A stretch of 64,000 bases of DNA, from positions 25,482,001 through 25,546,000 of the forward strand of contig NC_043008.1 of NCBI RefSeq assembly GCF_006345805.1, written 5' to 3'. Shown here piece after piece: positions 63,605 through 64,000 of this stretch. The stretch's first letter is position 1. Each line of letters opens with the position of its first letter. The position numbers and the translations under genes are program-made. This DNA comes from Octopus sinensis. Lineage: Eukaryota. The notes under the pieces were generated by a model. That model saw only the letters and a program-made list of their open reading frames with translations. It was not told the DNA's origin and did not search any database.

Positions 63605-63925
63605 TATATATATCACCGTGATCACCGTTATCGACCAGGCTATCAGATGTTGTTACACATCTCTGGTCACAATGCGCTTGTCATTGTTTTAGCCTTCAAA
63701 TGACACCACCCCGCTGGCAAGGCGAGCAGGCCAACAGAAGAAAGAGTGAGAGAAAGTTGTGGCAAAAGAGTACAGCGGGGATAGCCACCCCCCACCTGCC
63801 GGAGCCTCGTGGAGCTTTATAGGTGTTTTCGCTCAATAAATACTCACAACGCCTGGTCTGTGAATCGAAATCGCGATCCTACGACCGTGAGTCCTCTGCC
63901 CTAACCACTGGGCCATTGCGCCTCC
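63605..63925 (-). mobile_element. tRNA-derived SINE (second family)
   Basis: Minus-strand head ggaggcgcaatggcccagtggttagggcagaggactcacggtcgtaggatcgcgatttcgattc; A-box and B-box-like motifs. Confidence 0.85.
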
Positions 63926-63998
<73 letters not shown>

Positions 63999-64000
63999 AT

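Overview
AT-rich, microsatellite-dense eukaryotic DNA. The repeat families (tRNA-derived SINEs, RTE LINEs with (GAT)n tails, Lep1-type Helitrons) resemble those of an octopus/cephalopod genome; this is an inference. Most of the supplied ORFs are translations of (TA)n/(CA)n/(TTC)n repeats and are not genes. The supportable content is mainly mobile DNA: a decayed Naiad-type Penelope-like retroelement (RT + C-terminal GIY-YIG), two long RTE LINE copies with an internal PHD-type finger plus many RTE 3' tails, several R4/Dong-like RLE LINE copies that abut (CATA)n tracts, a Tc1 element, a mariner carrying a ~1 kb solo-LTR-like insert, a Tc1/mariner-superfamily remnant, clusters of non-autonomous Helitrons and SINEs. 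Three phase-compatible exons of an unidentified minus-strand gene are likely at 43.4-52.2 kb. The most notable signal is not in the ORF track: seven loci in the first 30 kb carry minimal type I hammerhead ribozyme (HHR) motifs of different sequence families, most with a 2-bp helix III capped by a (near-)palindromic loop. They include a 293-bp tandem retrozyme-like repeat, a perfect 156-bp inverted duplication holding an HHR on each strand, and a 72-bp perfect palindrome folded back at an HHR stem II. All calls were made by eye; no searches or folding programs were run.
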